From: a virus
Taxonomy: Duplodnaviria; Caudoviricetes
Virus record (IMG/VR): IMGVR_UViG_3300026094_000002
DNA: 64,000 nucleotides
Reading direction: 5' to 3' (one strand)
A program made the translations under genes and the position numbers. This document shows positions 18,045 through 28,131 of the stretch, in pieces; the stretch's first letter is position 1; every line of letters starts with the position of its first letter. Under the pieces are notes generated by a model. It ran no database searches. It was not told the DNA's origin and was given only the letters and a program-made list of their open reading frames with translations.

Positions 18045-18344
18045 TTATCTTATTTCAAACTCGCGGTCACCAATTCGTTTAGCCTTTCCTTTTTCAATTT
18101 GAAGATTATTTGCCTCAAATTTCAATAATTTTTCTGTTAGTGGCTCAACGGTTATTGTATATTTTCCGGGGGGAGCATGTAATTGAACTACTTCTTGTAA
18201 ATATTTTTCTTTATTCCAACGAAATGTTCTGTCTGCAAACAACTCATCATTGACATACAAACGATATTCAGGGGCTTCGCTCAACCACTCGCAATAAATA
18301 TCAATTGTTACTGTTACGAATTTTTTATTATCTACCTCAGTCAT
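18045..18344 (-). CDS. hypothetical beta-rich protein (start likely 18344)
   Basis: TAAATA at 18367-18372 upstream. Confidence 0.55.
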   Translation of the reverse strand: MTEVDNKKFVTVTIDIYCEWLSEAPEYRLYVNDELFADRTFRWNKEKYLQEVVQLHAPPGKYTITVEPLTEKLLKFEANNLQIEKGKAKRIGDREFEIR

Positions 18345-18383
18345 ATTAAATACTACCAATATCAAATATTTATAGGGATTAAC

Positions 18384-19190
18384 ATGAAGTATTTTGAAAA
18401 TGTACTCTCCAACGAAGATTTAATTCAACTCAATGAATACGAAATTGTCCATGATGACAGAACAGATGCACGTCCTGATGTTGTTAGCAAACATCCACGA
18501 TGGGACACTGACGAGTGGCCACAACACATAGTCAAAAAAGCATTAGATAGTTGTTTAGACTATGAGTATGAAGTGGAAGAGGTTATTTTCAATAGAAGCA
18601 AAATTAGTTTTCGCTTACATGCTGATTCCGGAAAAGACGAGAGAGCACGGCGAGGACATGCAGTCTTAATTCCTCTATACACTGATGGCCCATCACATAC
18701 GGTCTTCTTTGACAACTATTGGTATGGAGATAGTACAAAATTCAGCAAAGAAGAAATACTCCCATTTGAGTATCGCCTTCCTAACAAAGATGGTGAGTGG
18801 CAATATGTACCAGATATAAGAGAACTTCTTAACACTTGTGTTAATAATCCCGATAGCGTTGTTGATTTTGATGTTGATGCAGATTTTATTAAAGAATTAG
18901 AAAATCTTGTTGAGGCAAGGTCTAATCAAAAACTTAGCAAAGTAGATGGCAGAACATACGACTACAGTGATGTAGAAAATTATGATCCAGAGGCCACTTT
19001 TGATCCAGAACTACACGAAAAGTATCTTTCACATATAGGAATAGAAAGCCTTCATGGTCTTACTATTGAAAGTGCAGCACAATGGAACCCGGGTGATTGT
19101 ATTCGTTTTAGTCGCCGCCAACTACACGCAGCCGGGAGCGGCCACTCTGAGAAGGTTGGTGTGACTGTATTTGTTCAGCCGGTTGAATAG
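18384..19190 (+). CDS. putative 2OG-Fe(II) oxygenase-fold protein
   Basis: RLHADSG (HxD), AVLIPL, WNPGDCIRFSRRQLHA (distal His). Confidence 0.55.
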   Translation: MKYFENVLSNEDLIQLNEYEIVHDDRTDARPDVVSKHPRWDTDEWPQHIVKKALDSCLDYEYEVEEVIFNRSKISFRLHADSGKDERARRGHAVLIPLYTDGPSHTVFFDNYWYGDSTKFSKEEILPFEYRLPNKDGEWQYVPDIRELLNTCVNNPDSVVDFDVDADFIKELENLVEARSNQKLSKVDGRTYDYSDVENYDPEATFDPELHEKYLSHIGIESLHGLTIESAAQWNPGDCIRFSRRQLHAAGSGHSEKVGVTVFVQPVE

Positions 19191-21051
19191 AACACCGCCA
19201 GTAACGATTCTTTCTCTGGAAATGATATGCTACACGGACAAACTCTGATTCGCTCTGTATAGTATTACAATCTAAATGTGATATTTCTATATTATCAGCA
19301 TCAACTTCAAATAATGTCTGGCACAAATCAGGCTCAATCTCTATAGTAAATGGATATGTTTCACGCCAATCGGCACATATTCTACTATTAATTTCATAGA
19401 CTTTATCAGGAACCTCTGCAAAGTTATCAACAATTTGTTTCATTTCTTCAAGTAACTGTTGCCTATTTCTATGAAAATTAACACTGGTTGCACTTTTATA
19501 CTCCCAGAATATGTTGTCAATCTTCCGCCCCCACAATTCTTTGTGTTCAAACACATCTCTGATTGATTGGTCAGTCTCAATATGCTCTTTATAAATTAGT
19601 GTGTCTGGGTATTCAAGTAAACTTTCAATAAACATTTTGATGAACTGTGTATGACTTATATCGTGCTTTTTGTTTATGTAATCCATCAGTACATGTCCCC
19701 AGCCATAGTAGTATAGCGTTATCAACCAGTGAGCATGCAAATGTCCTGAAAGCATCTCTTCGTAATCAGCAGTATTTGTTCCCCATACTGCATCAACATA
19801 TTCGGGAACACGACCATTGTCTTCGTCATTCAACCAAAAAGTATCCAGCGGAACTGTTTCATATTTCAAACCATTCATCCTGATATAGTTACTTTGTCCC
19901 ATCAATGCGTTTGGCGTTAGGACAAGTGGATGCACCATTAAGAAATCTTTCTGGCCCATATCAATTAACTTTTGCATACCCTCTAAAAGACTATTAACAG
20001 TTTCGTTGGGCATAGGCCATATCATTTCGGAGTATGTGGGAATGTCGTTTTGGCGATAAAACTCCATTGCACCTTCTATGACATTTTCTTTTAGATTAAA
20101 TCTTTTTGTAGCATCTAAAGTTGGCTTATTCATGCTCTGAACAGCAAATGTTATGCCTTTAAACAAATTGGTACCTGCTTCTTTATCAGCAATAGCCATT
20201 TGTTTTATGCGTTCTGTGTTGTTCTTTGCCCATGTAACATCCCAAAATTTTGGATATCCGTTTTTAACTTTTTTGTCAATAACATATTTTGTTATGTCAA
20301 GGTCACGCTCCCATATGCCCCAATTAGAATCGCAAACACTGACATACTCAATTTGTCTATCACTCATCCAATCTATTTCTTCATGCACGCGGTCTATATC
20401 AAATGAAATTGTTTTATTCCAATACTTGTCACCAATATCACAAAAACCACATTGATACGGACATCCTCGCATTGTTTCATAGGTCACCTGCCACATAATG
20501 TCAGGGTCGTCATAGCGAGACATTATCCAGTCATAAAATCCAGAAAGGATAGGGCTTGGCAATTCATTCAAGTCTTTGGTTCTGACAGGCTGGTTAGTAA
20601 TCAATCCGGGAATTGATATGCCGGGGATATGGTCAAATTCACCAGTGTCTAAGTTTTTGACTACTTCGTTAAATCCAATCTCGTTTTCACCGAGTATAGC
20701 AACATCAAAGTAGTCGTGTGTGTATAGAAGATTTTCATCAGTCTTGCTTACTTGTGGTCCACCAATTATAATTTTACATTCTGGCCATCTTTCTTTTATT
20801 TTTTTCGCTAAACGACAATTGTACTCCCAGTTCCAAACATAACAACTCATTGCCATCATATCTGGCTCGTGTTGTATAGAATCTACATATTCATCTATAT
20901 TGACTTTTTCTATTAGAACATCTTGTAATTGCCATTGATTGGCTATATGGGGGTCTTTTAAAGCATTAAGCCACTGATATGCAATCGCTAAGGGAAGAAA
21001 TTTGTTTGGTCCGTATGAATCTACTACTTGGACAAGTATGGCATTTTTCAT
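19108..21051 (-). CDS. cobalamin-binding radical SAM enzyme (class B methyltransferase-like)
   Basis: SCYVWN, IIIGGPQ, GENE, ETMRGCPYQCGFC, CDSNWG. Confidence 0.85.
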   Translation of the reverse strand: MKNAILVQVVDSYGPNKFLPLAIAYQWLNALKDPHIANQWQLQDVLIEKVNIDEYVDSIQHEPDMMAMSCYVWNWEYNCRLAKKIKERWPECKIIIGGPQVSKTDENLLYTHDYFDVAILGENEIGFNEVVKNLDTGEFDHIPGISIPGLITNQPVRTKDLNELPSPILSGFYDWIMSRYDDPDIMWQVTYETMRGCPYQCGFCDIGDKYWNKTISFDIDRVHEEIDWMSDRQIEYVSVCDSNWGIWERDLDITKYVIDKKVKNGYPKFWDVTWAKNNTERIKQMAIADKEAGTNLFKGITFAVQSMNKPTLDATKRFNLKENVIEGAMEFYRQNDIPTYSEMIWPMPNETVNSLLEGMQKLIDMGQKDFLMVHPLVLTPNALMGQSNYIRMNGLKYETVPLDTFWLNDEDNGRVPEYVDAVWGTNTADYEEMLSGHLHAHWLITLYYYGWGHVLMDYINKKHDISHTQFIKMFIESLLEYPDTLIYKEHIETDQSIRDVFEHKELWGRKIDNIFWEYKSATSVNFHRNRQQLLEEMKQIVDNFAEVPDKVYEINSRICADWRETYPFTIEIEPDLCQTLFEVDADNIEISHLDCNTIQSESEFVRVAYHFQRKNRYWRCSIQPAEQIQSHQPSQSGRSRLRVVGGD

Positions 21052-21059
21052 AGTTTAAA

Positions 21060-22811
21060 TTACTTCACACCATCTACAAGGTTTTCATTCAAACCTAGTT
21101 TTTGTGGATACAATACTCCACTTTCAACACGCTCGCCGCCATCATAATATCGCAATTCTACAGGAAGGTATTCCCACCCTAATGCATCAGCAGCCATGAT
21201 TCGGTGGTTTCCTTCATTCACCCAAGCCTCACCATTCCATGCAACTTGTACAAACGGGGCATATTCCCTACCAAAAGCCGTTAGGGGCAATTTTCCAGTG
21301 TCTTTCATGACCTGCATAATTTTTTCTAAATCTTCTCGGCGAACATTTTTTTGTTCTCCTCGCATACCCGGCAATCGTTTTAGTAAATCAACAGGCAGTT
21401 TTACTGTGCCTGGGAAATATGCAGTTATTGTTCCTGTATAAGGAGCACCAAAATTGTCTCTGCCTTCCTCTTTTGCCTTGCGAATTTTCTTGTTTAACCA
21501 TTCATCATTTGGTACATCTACTCGCAAATTTTCTTTAAGGTTTGACTTTCTTTTATTTTTCTTTTTGCCCAGCAGAGGTGGAACTCCTGCAGAATCTGTT
21601 GTTAAGCCTAATTTTGCTGCTTGGCGTTGTATCTCACCCGGCTTTATATCAACAGTTAATCCATGACTGAACCGAGGGTCGCTTGCTTCTTTGTTATTCT
21701 TAGGAATATACCCAGATGCTTCGGTTAGATTATCTGAAAATGCATTGGGATTGACATCAACATAGTCTCGCATAATTTGCCCAGCGGTTGCGTTTGCATC
21801 ATTTTCCCAACGACTGCCTGTTTCACCTGCCCCGGGCGGTAAAGATTGTTGTTCGTTCTGTGCATAATGTACCAACTCGTGTGCTATTGTTCTCATAGCA
21901 TCAACAGGGTGTCTGCCACCTATGCTTACCGTTATCTGGCCATCACGAGAATTAAATTGTCCAAATGTCCCTTTATCCGCAGACCACTTTGCATCATGAA
22001 CCGTATCAATTTTTGGGGTATTGTCCAAGTTCAACCATCTAATGCAAAAGTCAATAAAGTCTCTTATATTCTCTTCAACGTGCTTTTTATTGGCTTCTTC
22101 TTGAATGCTTAGTTTTCTGTCTTTAGCATCATTTCGTGCGTCTTTTAGTTTTTCTAACCAACCAGTATTTCGTAGGATTTTGAATGACAAATTTTCAGGG
22201 CCAAACTCTCCAGTTTTTGACAATCCTGAACGCCGCATCTCACCAATCTTTTTTGCAATGCGATTCATGTGTTCTAAGTCACCAGAATCAATTGCTGTTT
22301 TAATTCTGTTTTTAACATCCTCAAACTTACTGGATACTGACATATCATCAATTTCTATTTGGCGGCGGGTTGGAACAGATACCCACTCATCATTTAAAAT
22401 AGAATATATTCCTTGACTAATATGCTCTTGGTCTGCGTCTTGTACATAAACCTCTACCTCATGAGAACCTATTTTATAATCATGTAAATCATTATACTGA
22501 TATTTTTTTGCATCAAATAACTCTCGGTATATTTCTGATTTTTTAGACTTTGACATATCAGCAACTAAGTGTAAATCAATATCAGAGTTTTCTGTATATG
22601 TGTATGCCGCATTTGAACCAGAGATAGTAATGTCATCAAGTTCATAACCATTTACACCAAGAAATTCTTGAAAATCTTCTGCTATTTGTAGTAATGTATC
22701 ACGAACTTTGGGGCGAAGCGTTTCGTTCTTTTCCCATAATGCTGGATTGAGTTCTTGATTGAATTTGACAACATCACCAAGATGATATTCTTTGAGGCTT
22801 TTTAACTTCAT
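21060..22811 (-). CDS. multidomain protein: Pol-beta-like nucleotidyltransferase + HEXXH peptidase-like domain + ParB/Srx-like domain (start likely 22811)
   Basis: SGSN..SDIDLH; RTIAHELVH; NEGNHRIMAA; TAAATA at 22822-22827. Confidence 0.65.
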   Translation of the reverse strand: MKLKSLKEYHLGDVVKFNQELNPALWEKNETLRPKVRDTLLQIAEDFQEFLGVNGYELDDITISGSNAAYTYTENSDIDLHLVADMSKSKKSEIYRELFDAKKYQYNDLHDYKIGSHEVEVYVQDADQEHISQGIYSILNDEWVSVPTRRQIEIDDMSVSSKFEDVKNRIKTAIDSGDLEHMNRIAKKIGEMRRSGLSKTGEFGPENLSFKILRNTGWLEKLKDARNDAKDRKLSIQEEANKKHVEENIRDFIDFCIRWLNLDNTPKIDTVHDAKWSADKGTFGQFNSRDGQITVSIGGRHPVDAMRTIAHELVHYAQNEQQSLPPGAGETGSRWENDANATAGQIMRDYVDVNPNAFSDNLTEASGYIPKNNKEASDPRFSHGLTVDIKPGEIQRQAAKLGLTTDSAGVPPLLGKKKNKRKSNLKENLRVDVPNDEWLNKKIRKAKEEGRDNFGAPYTGTITAYFPGTVKLPVDLLKRLPGMRGEQKNVRREDLEKIMQVMKDTGKLPLTAFGREYAPFVQVAWNGEAWVNEGNHRIMAADALGWEYLPVELRYYDGGERVESGVLYPQKLGLNENLVDGVK

Positions 22812-22831
22812 AATTTGAAGGTATTTATTAA

Positions 22832-22856
22832 AAAAGCCCACGCTGAATGGGCTTTT
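22832..22856 (-). terminator. rho-independent terminator
   Basis: AAAAGCCCA-N7-TGGGCTTTT with T tract. Confidence 0.7.
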
Positions 22857-22891
22857 CTTTTAATGATGAATAATTTATAGTTAATCGTAAG

Positions 22892-23782
22892 TTATTTTGT
22901 CGTTGATTTTTTCTTTGTTGTGGTTTTCTTTTTGCTGCTATTAGCCTTGGGCGTTTCTGTTTTTTCTGTGCTGTCATCCACATCACTGGACTCACTAGAT
23001 GCTACTATTTCTGGGTTAGCGACAACCTTTTCCTGTGCTTCTGACAGAATTTGTTGTTTATAACCGTTGTATAATTCATTTTGGGCATTCTGATCAAATA
23101 CATATGAACCCGTATGTCTCAACATAACTCTTTTATCAACCCAGATTTTGCCACCTAAATCTCTCCAGTTTTCACAGAATGTCCAGTCTTCAGAATAATA
23201 TCTGTTGTCCCGGACAGCAGTATCAAAATATGTTCTCATATGCTTATCAAGTTCTGGATCAAGACCAATATCAGACTTAAAGGGCTTGACGGCAGGGTGT
23301 GCTTTCATTTCTTCAAATACATGACGCTTGATTAGCATAAAACCAGTTCCGGTTTTGGATACTTCTTGTAATCCATCTTCGCCTTGTTCGGCACCATCAA
23401 AGCCATTAACAACCCATTTGATAGGCATAGTCTTCATCGGATAAAGCCCACCAATTACATCAACATCTCTGTCAAGCATTGCCAATACATGCCAAGGTTC
23501 CCAGCCAATATCAGAGTCTATAAACATTAAGTGAGTGCTTTCTGTATTGTTCAAAAACTTTGCAGTAAGTGTATTACGACCACGACTAATAAGACTCTCA
23601 TTGGTCATTGTCTCAATTGCCCACTCAATTCCCAATTGTTTTGCAGTATTGCTCCACTTAATAAAACTCATAAAAGTTTGTTCAGTGAGCATTCCTCCAT
23701 AACAAGGCAGACAAAAATGAACACGAGAGTTTTTTAATCGTTCAGTATTAACTTGAATTTGATATTGCTGTTGTTCAGCCAT
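22892..23782 (-). CDS. GT-A fold glycosyltransferase-like protein with basic low-complexity tail
   Basis: LPCYGG, ESLISRGRN, HLMFIDSDIGW (DxD), SEDWTFC. Confidence 0.7.
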   Translation of the reverse strand: MAEQQQYQIQVNTERLKNSRVHFCLPCYGGMLTEQTFMSFIKWSNTAKQLGIEWAIETMTNESLISRGRNTLTAKFLNNTESTHLMFIDSDIGWEPWHVLAMLDRDVDVIGGLYPMKTMPIKWVVNGFDGAEQGEDGLQEVSKTGTGFMLIKRHVFEEMKAHPAVKPFKSDIGLDPELDKHMRTYFDTAVRDNRYYSEDWTFCENWRDLGGKIWVDKRVMLRHTGSYVFDQNAQNELYNGYKQQILSEAQEKVVANPEIVASSESSDVDDSTEKTETPKANSSKKKTTTKKKSTTK

Positions 23783-23835
23783 CTATTTCCTCTTTTGTTT
23801 TGACTATTTAAACCCGGGTGGGAATCACAAATATT

Positions 23836-25458
23836 TTATTCGGCGGGTTTTCCAGTGTTATGAAGAACTGTATCTGCTCTTTTCAAAACAAAAACTGAAT
23901 CATTTGGTTTATCTATAACTTGATCCACATACCCATATTTGTTTGCAAATCTGTCAATCATTCTTTTATAAAGATTTGCTCTATTTGTCGCTTGCCCGAA
24001 TTCTTCTTTTACTGCAGTGAAGACCAGTGTTGCTGGGTTACGCTCTTCTACAAATTGTTTGATAGCAGAGAATACAGTTGAGAATATAGAGATTTCATCA
24101 CCTGATTTATCCCCTCTGGCATCTTGTCTGCCGCCAACTCTAAACTCTATTCTCCAAAGATTGTCTGCAAATTCTAATTCTTTCATAAAAACAACAATTT
24201 GTTCGCCAGAAACAAAGCCATCATACCTAACAAAACTTTCTTCGTCGTTTGTTTTTTCAATTTCTGCTGGCTTGTCAAATATTTCTTGAATTACTTCAGA
24301 ATCACTTGATTTCTCGCTAATGTAATCAGGGTAAGATCCTGATTCATCCTCTGAGAATTTTGTTGTTTTTCTTAACTCACTAACGATGGCATTCATTTTA
24401 TCCCAATCAGAAAAAAATTCTCCAAGATTTTCTGTATTACCATTTTTGAATTCAGTTACTGCATCCTTTAACACAGGCTTGAGTGCTTCCATGACAGAAC
24501 TTTTGTTTTGTTTCTTTTTTTTAATTTTAAAACTATGGGTTAAGTTTTCTGATATATTCTTCCAATAAAAATGGTGTATATCTTGATCTTCATCATATTT
24601 TACAACTAAATCTTTAATTTCAAATTCATCGCCGTATTCATCCACTAAACGAGCAAATTCATTCACATCTCCAAATATTTCATCAATACATTCATCTTCT
24701 GTGCAATTACCAATATACTCTAAATTATCATTAGGAAAATGTTCTACATCTTCATTTTGTTTTTTCTTTTTGCCCTGACAATGTGCTCGTTGTGAAAATC
24801 CTTTGGGATTAGAGCAATCAATACTATCTTTGTATTTTTTACTCCACTTCTCTGACAATTGTTCTGAACCAAGGACTTGATCAAATAACTGTATGACTTT
24901 CTTCTCTAAGCGATCATCTCTTGTAGTAACTGGGTACAGTGTCTGAATTAATTCGGATTTTTGTTCGTCACTGTATTCTGGCCACTTATTCCGAATCTCT
25001 GTACTGGATGTCATATCCGCCGATCCAAATGTTATAGTAGGCAGATATGCCATATAGCCGTGTGTGCTTAGTGGTTGTAACTCACTTTTTTTTAGACCGT
25101 GTATTGATTGTAGATACGACGGTTCGCCATCTTTTTTTGTTTGGTCAGGCTGTGGGCTTGTATCCCGATCTTTTTCACTACGCACATAGATTAGTGCAGT
25201 GTTTTGTGGATCGTAATGCTTTGTGATTTCTTGTGGCCTGAACGGAGATTTAACTTCAACAAATCTCTCTTTTGGAATACCTCCCAATTGTGCTAACTTT
25301 TTCTTTAATTCAAACGGAAACGGACGAGTTGATGTATCTGCAGTAGCAGCAATGTAAATATCAGCTTGTGGAAATGCTTTTAGTGCTGCATCGTAAAGAC
25401 TTTTGTGGCCTTTATGAAATGGATGAAATCCACCGGGAATGATAACAAGCTGTTTCAT
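23836..25458 (-). CDS. HIGH-motif nucleotidyltransferase (cytidylyltransferase/NMNAT-like) fused to several modules
   Basis: PGGFHPFHKGH, SSTEIR; later KWSKKYKDSIDCSNPKGFSQRAHC module. Confidence 0.7.
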   Translation of the reverse strand: MKQLVIIPGGFHPFHKGHKSLYDAALKAFPQADIYIAATADTSTRPFPFELKKKLAQLGGIPKERFVEVKSPFRPQEITKHYDPQNTALIYVRSEKDRDTSPQPDQTKKDGEPSYLQSIHGLKKSELQPLSTHGYMAYLPTITFGSADMTSSTEIRNKWPEYSDEQKSELIQTLYPVTTRDDRLEKKVIQLFDQVLGSEQLSEKWSKKYKDSIDCSNPKGFSQRAHCQGKKKKQNEDVEHFPNDNLEYIGNCTEDECIDEIFGDVNEFARLVDEYGDEFEIKDLVVKYDEDQDIHHFYWKNISENLTHSFKIKKKKQNKSSVMEALKPVLKDAVTEFKNGNTENLGEFFSDWDKMNAIVSELRKTTKFSEDESGSYPDYISEKSSDSEVIQEIFDKPAEIEKTNDEESFVRYDGFVSGEQIVVFMKELEFADNLWRIEFRVGGRQDARGDKSGDEISIFSTVFSAIKQFVEERNPATLVFTAVKEEFGQATNRANLYKRMIDRFANKYGYVDQVIDKPNDSVFVLKRADTVLHNTGKPAE

Positions 25459-25504
25459 GTATAATATTTATACTATCACAATATTATGGCTGGCAATGTA
25501 TTAT

Positions 25505-26131
25505 TCAAAATTTATATAATTCAAAATTGTTTTTTTGATTAACCAAGATTTCATTAATTATATTTCTCAATGCAGTTTCAGAGTTTTCAATGCTAAAATC
25601 TGGTTGAATTCCAAAAGTCTTGAAATTATTTTTTTCTCCAAAACATTTCATTGACAAATAGTTGAAATATTTAAACGAACTATAATCAGGATGATTTTCA
25701 GTTCCTACTTTATTATAATCTATATAACTGCTAACCATGCATCCGACAGTTGAATCTTTTGATAAGTTTTTTTCTAGGTTATGAATAGTAATATATGGAA
25801 GTTGACAACTAAGCCAAAGACTGTTGGACCAATCTTTAATTCTTTTCCAGTGAGTTAATTTTCTGTAGTTGTTAGTGGCAAAATCGTCTATAGAAAGGCT
25901 ACTACTATTCTGATTGAAAAATAGAAAATGAATCGGGTCATCGATTAAACAAATATCATGTATTTTTTTAATATTCAAATCTTTCCATGAAATATTAATA
26001 TTTTTTACATGTGAAGATGTATGTGGATTCTGTCCAATATTGGTAACATTAAAGTTGTTTTCAAGCAATACATCAATTATAGATTTTCCATTTTTGTTTC
26101 CGCAACCAAATACTAATGCATTTTTTCTCAT
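25505..26131 (-). CDS. short-chain dehydrogenase-like protein (start likely 26131)
   Basis: ALVFGCGNKNG Rossmann start, YSSFK; ATGA-coupled to the radical SAM gene. Confidence 0.55.
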   Translation of the reverse strand: MRKNALVFGCGNKNGKSIIDVLLENNFNVTNIGQNPHTSSHVKNINISWKDLNIKKIHDICLIDDPIHFLFFNQNSSSLSIDDFATNNYRKLTHWKRIKDWSNSLWLSCQLPYITIHNLEKNLSKDSTVGCMVSSYIDYNKVGTENHPDYSSFKYFNYLSMKCFGEKNNFKTFGIQPDFSIENSETALRNIINEILVNQKNNFELYKF

Positions 26132-27303
26132 AGAGATAGATCCCAGAACACATTTTTCCAATTAGACCCAGCTATGTTATCAATATGATTTAAATAATTG
26201 TTATAATTTTCAGATTTGTCGTTTTCTAACTCATTTAAGCAATTAGTAAATTGCCCTACCAAATTCAAATCATGTGAATATTTTTCTTTTGCCGCTAAAA
26301 GATTTTCTTTAGCCTTTTTTTTGCTTTCATCTGGTAAATTTCTACATCTCAAGTAAGTATGACCCATCTGACACTGATTAATTGTAAAATCTCTTACGCC
26401 TATATTGTCATGGAAAAAATCTATTATATCAGTAATAGAAGTTCCGTTCAAGACAAAAAATACTAAATTTATTCTTACTTTTACATTTTTTTGTGATTGC
26501 AAAAAATTTATGTTATCAACAAATTTATCCCATTTGGCCCCACGTCTTATGTACTCAAATTTTTTATCTATTGAATCTGCACTACACGTGAATAATACAT
26601 TTGGGAACTTTAATATTTCTGATAAAATTTTATTATTTTTTTCCCACATCATATTAGAATTTACTCTAATAAGCAAGTCTGGACGTTTTTCCAATTTCTT
26701 TAGAAGATCTAAGTTATAATTAATATATGTGGGTTCGCCACCACTCAAATATACTTCTCTTAAATTATCTTGATTATTTTCAACCCAGTCAATTAATTTT
26801 GCAGCGGCTTCTGGTGGAGTATGTTGAACTGGAAGCCCTTGCTCTTTTGCTATAAGGCTACTTTGTCCAGCCCAGCAAGTAACACATTTTAAATTACATA
26901 CACTGCTCCAGTGTAAATCTAATCCACCCAAAGTGAAAGAGTTTGTATCATCATAGTCTATATCATTTTTTTTAAAGAGATTGTTATACATTCCCCGCAA
27001 ATGATTGTATTTTTTACTTTCTTGAAGATTTTCTAATTTTAAACAATTCTTACAATTTTTCGTCTTTTTGTCTTTAATGATGTATTCTTTGATTTTTTTT
27101 CTTTCTGCATTGCCGATAATTTCTTCCATAGAATTTGTTTTCAAATCACCTAGTTGGTAATTGCCGTTTGTACACGAGTATATTTCCCCTGTCATGTTAA
27201 CATAGAGTAAATTCCATGGAACACTACAAAAATGATTTGTTTGTTTAAAAAGTTCAAACCTTCTTTTATATTTTTGTTTTAAAGTAGAAAACATAGGCAT
27301 CAA
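26128..27303 (-). CDS. twitch/SPASM-domain radical SAM protein
   Basis: FCSVPW..C..CKNC, CNLKCVTC, LSGGEP; AT-rich. Confidence 0.88.
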   Translation of the reverse strand: MMPMFSTLKQKYKRRFELFKQTNHFCSVPWNLLYVNMTGEIYSCTNGNYQLGDLKTNSMEEIIGNAERKKIKEYIIKDKKTKNCKNCLKLENLQESKKYNHLRGMYNNLFKKNDIDYDDTNSFTLGGLDLHWSSVCNLKCVTCWAGQSSLIAKEQGLPVQHTPPEAAAKLIDWVENNQDNLREVYLSGGEPTYINYNLDLLKKLEKRPDLLIRVNSNMMWEKNNKILSEILKFPNVLFTCSADSIDKKFEYIRRGAKWDKFVDNINFLQSQKNVKVRINLVFFVLNGTSITDIIDFFHDNIGVRDFTINQCQMGHTYLRCRNLPDESKKKAKENLLAAKEKYSHDLNLVGQFTNCLNELENDKSENYNNYLNHIDNIAGSNWKNVFWDLSL

Positions 27304-27326
27304 TCAATTAAACTGCATCTATTGTT

Positions 27327-27761
27327 TTAAAGATTCTCAAGCAACCACAAATAGATGGGTGTAGTGATATCAATCTTGATTGTTCCGTTGCAACCCATTG
27401 AACCATAAAAATTTTCAACCGTCAATTCACCGGTGCCATTAAAATCATGAGAATATTCTGCTTGAAACCAAAATAATTCTTCAATGTTTATTCCATCAAC
27501 CTCAATATCAGAAAATACTAATTCGGAATCTTCCAAAATATTTCCATCATCATCTACAGTTGTGTGATCAATAGTTTTGCCTTTCATTATGAATTCTAAT
27601 GTGTGAGAACCTTCTACTTCATCATCAATACTGATTTTTACTGGATGACCAGTGTTATCAATACTTTGATTAAATACCCCCTCAGAATCAAATTTTACTT
27701 CTAATTCAAGTGGTTTGTTGGTGGATTTTGCCGTGAATGTTATATCGGTAAGTTCAGTCAT
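27327..27761 (-). CDS. hypothetical protein
   Basis: Acidic beta-rich 144 aa ORF. Confidence 0.6.
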   Translation of the reverse strand: MTELTDITFTAKSTNKPLELEVKFDSEGVFNQSIDNTGHPVKISIDDEVEGSHTLEFIMKGKTIDHTTVDDDGNILEDSELVFSDIEVDGINIEELFWFQAEYSHDFNGTGELTVENFYGSMGCNGTIKIDITTPIYLWLLENL

Positions 27762-27765
27762 AATA

Positions 27766-28131
27766 TTAGTAAGTTAAGTCAATAGAGAGGATTGACCCAC
27801 CAGTAAAGCCAGATACTGTTGCCCGTAACCAGACAAAATTTCCTACTATAGTACTGCTTGTGTTATTTACAGGCGTGCTATCAGTTTCCCCAATAGTTCT
27901 TAAATCAACCCAATTGTCAGTTTCTGGATAATCTTCAAGAGTGCCTTGTATGATTACTTGTCCCGTGAAGTTGTCAAAAGAAGCAGATACAGTTTGCAGT
28001 GCTTTCCGACCGTGGTAATAACCGGCTGCTTTTTGTGGAACACCATTAAACTGATTAGACACGCCATCATAATTTTCAACAGCGGTACCATAAACAGTTT
28101 CTGATATCAACTTAAAATTATTGATACTCAT
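27766..28131 (-). CDS. hypothetical, possibly virion structural protein
   Basis: 121 aa beta-rich ORF in a late operon. Confidence 0.6.
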   Translation of the reverse strand: MSINNFKLISETVYGTAVENYDGVSNQFNGVPQKAAGYYHGRKALQTVSASFDNFTGQVIIQGTLEDYPETDNWVDLRTIGETDSTPVNNTSSTIVGNFVWLRATVSGFTGGSILSIDLTY

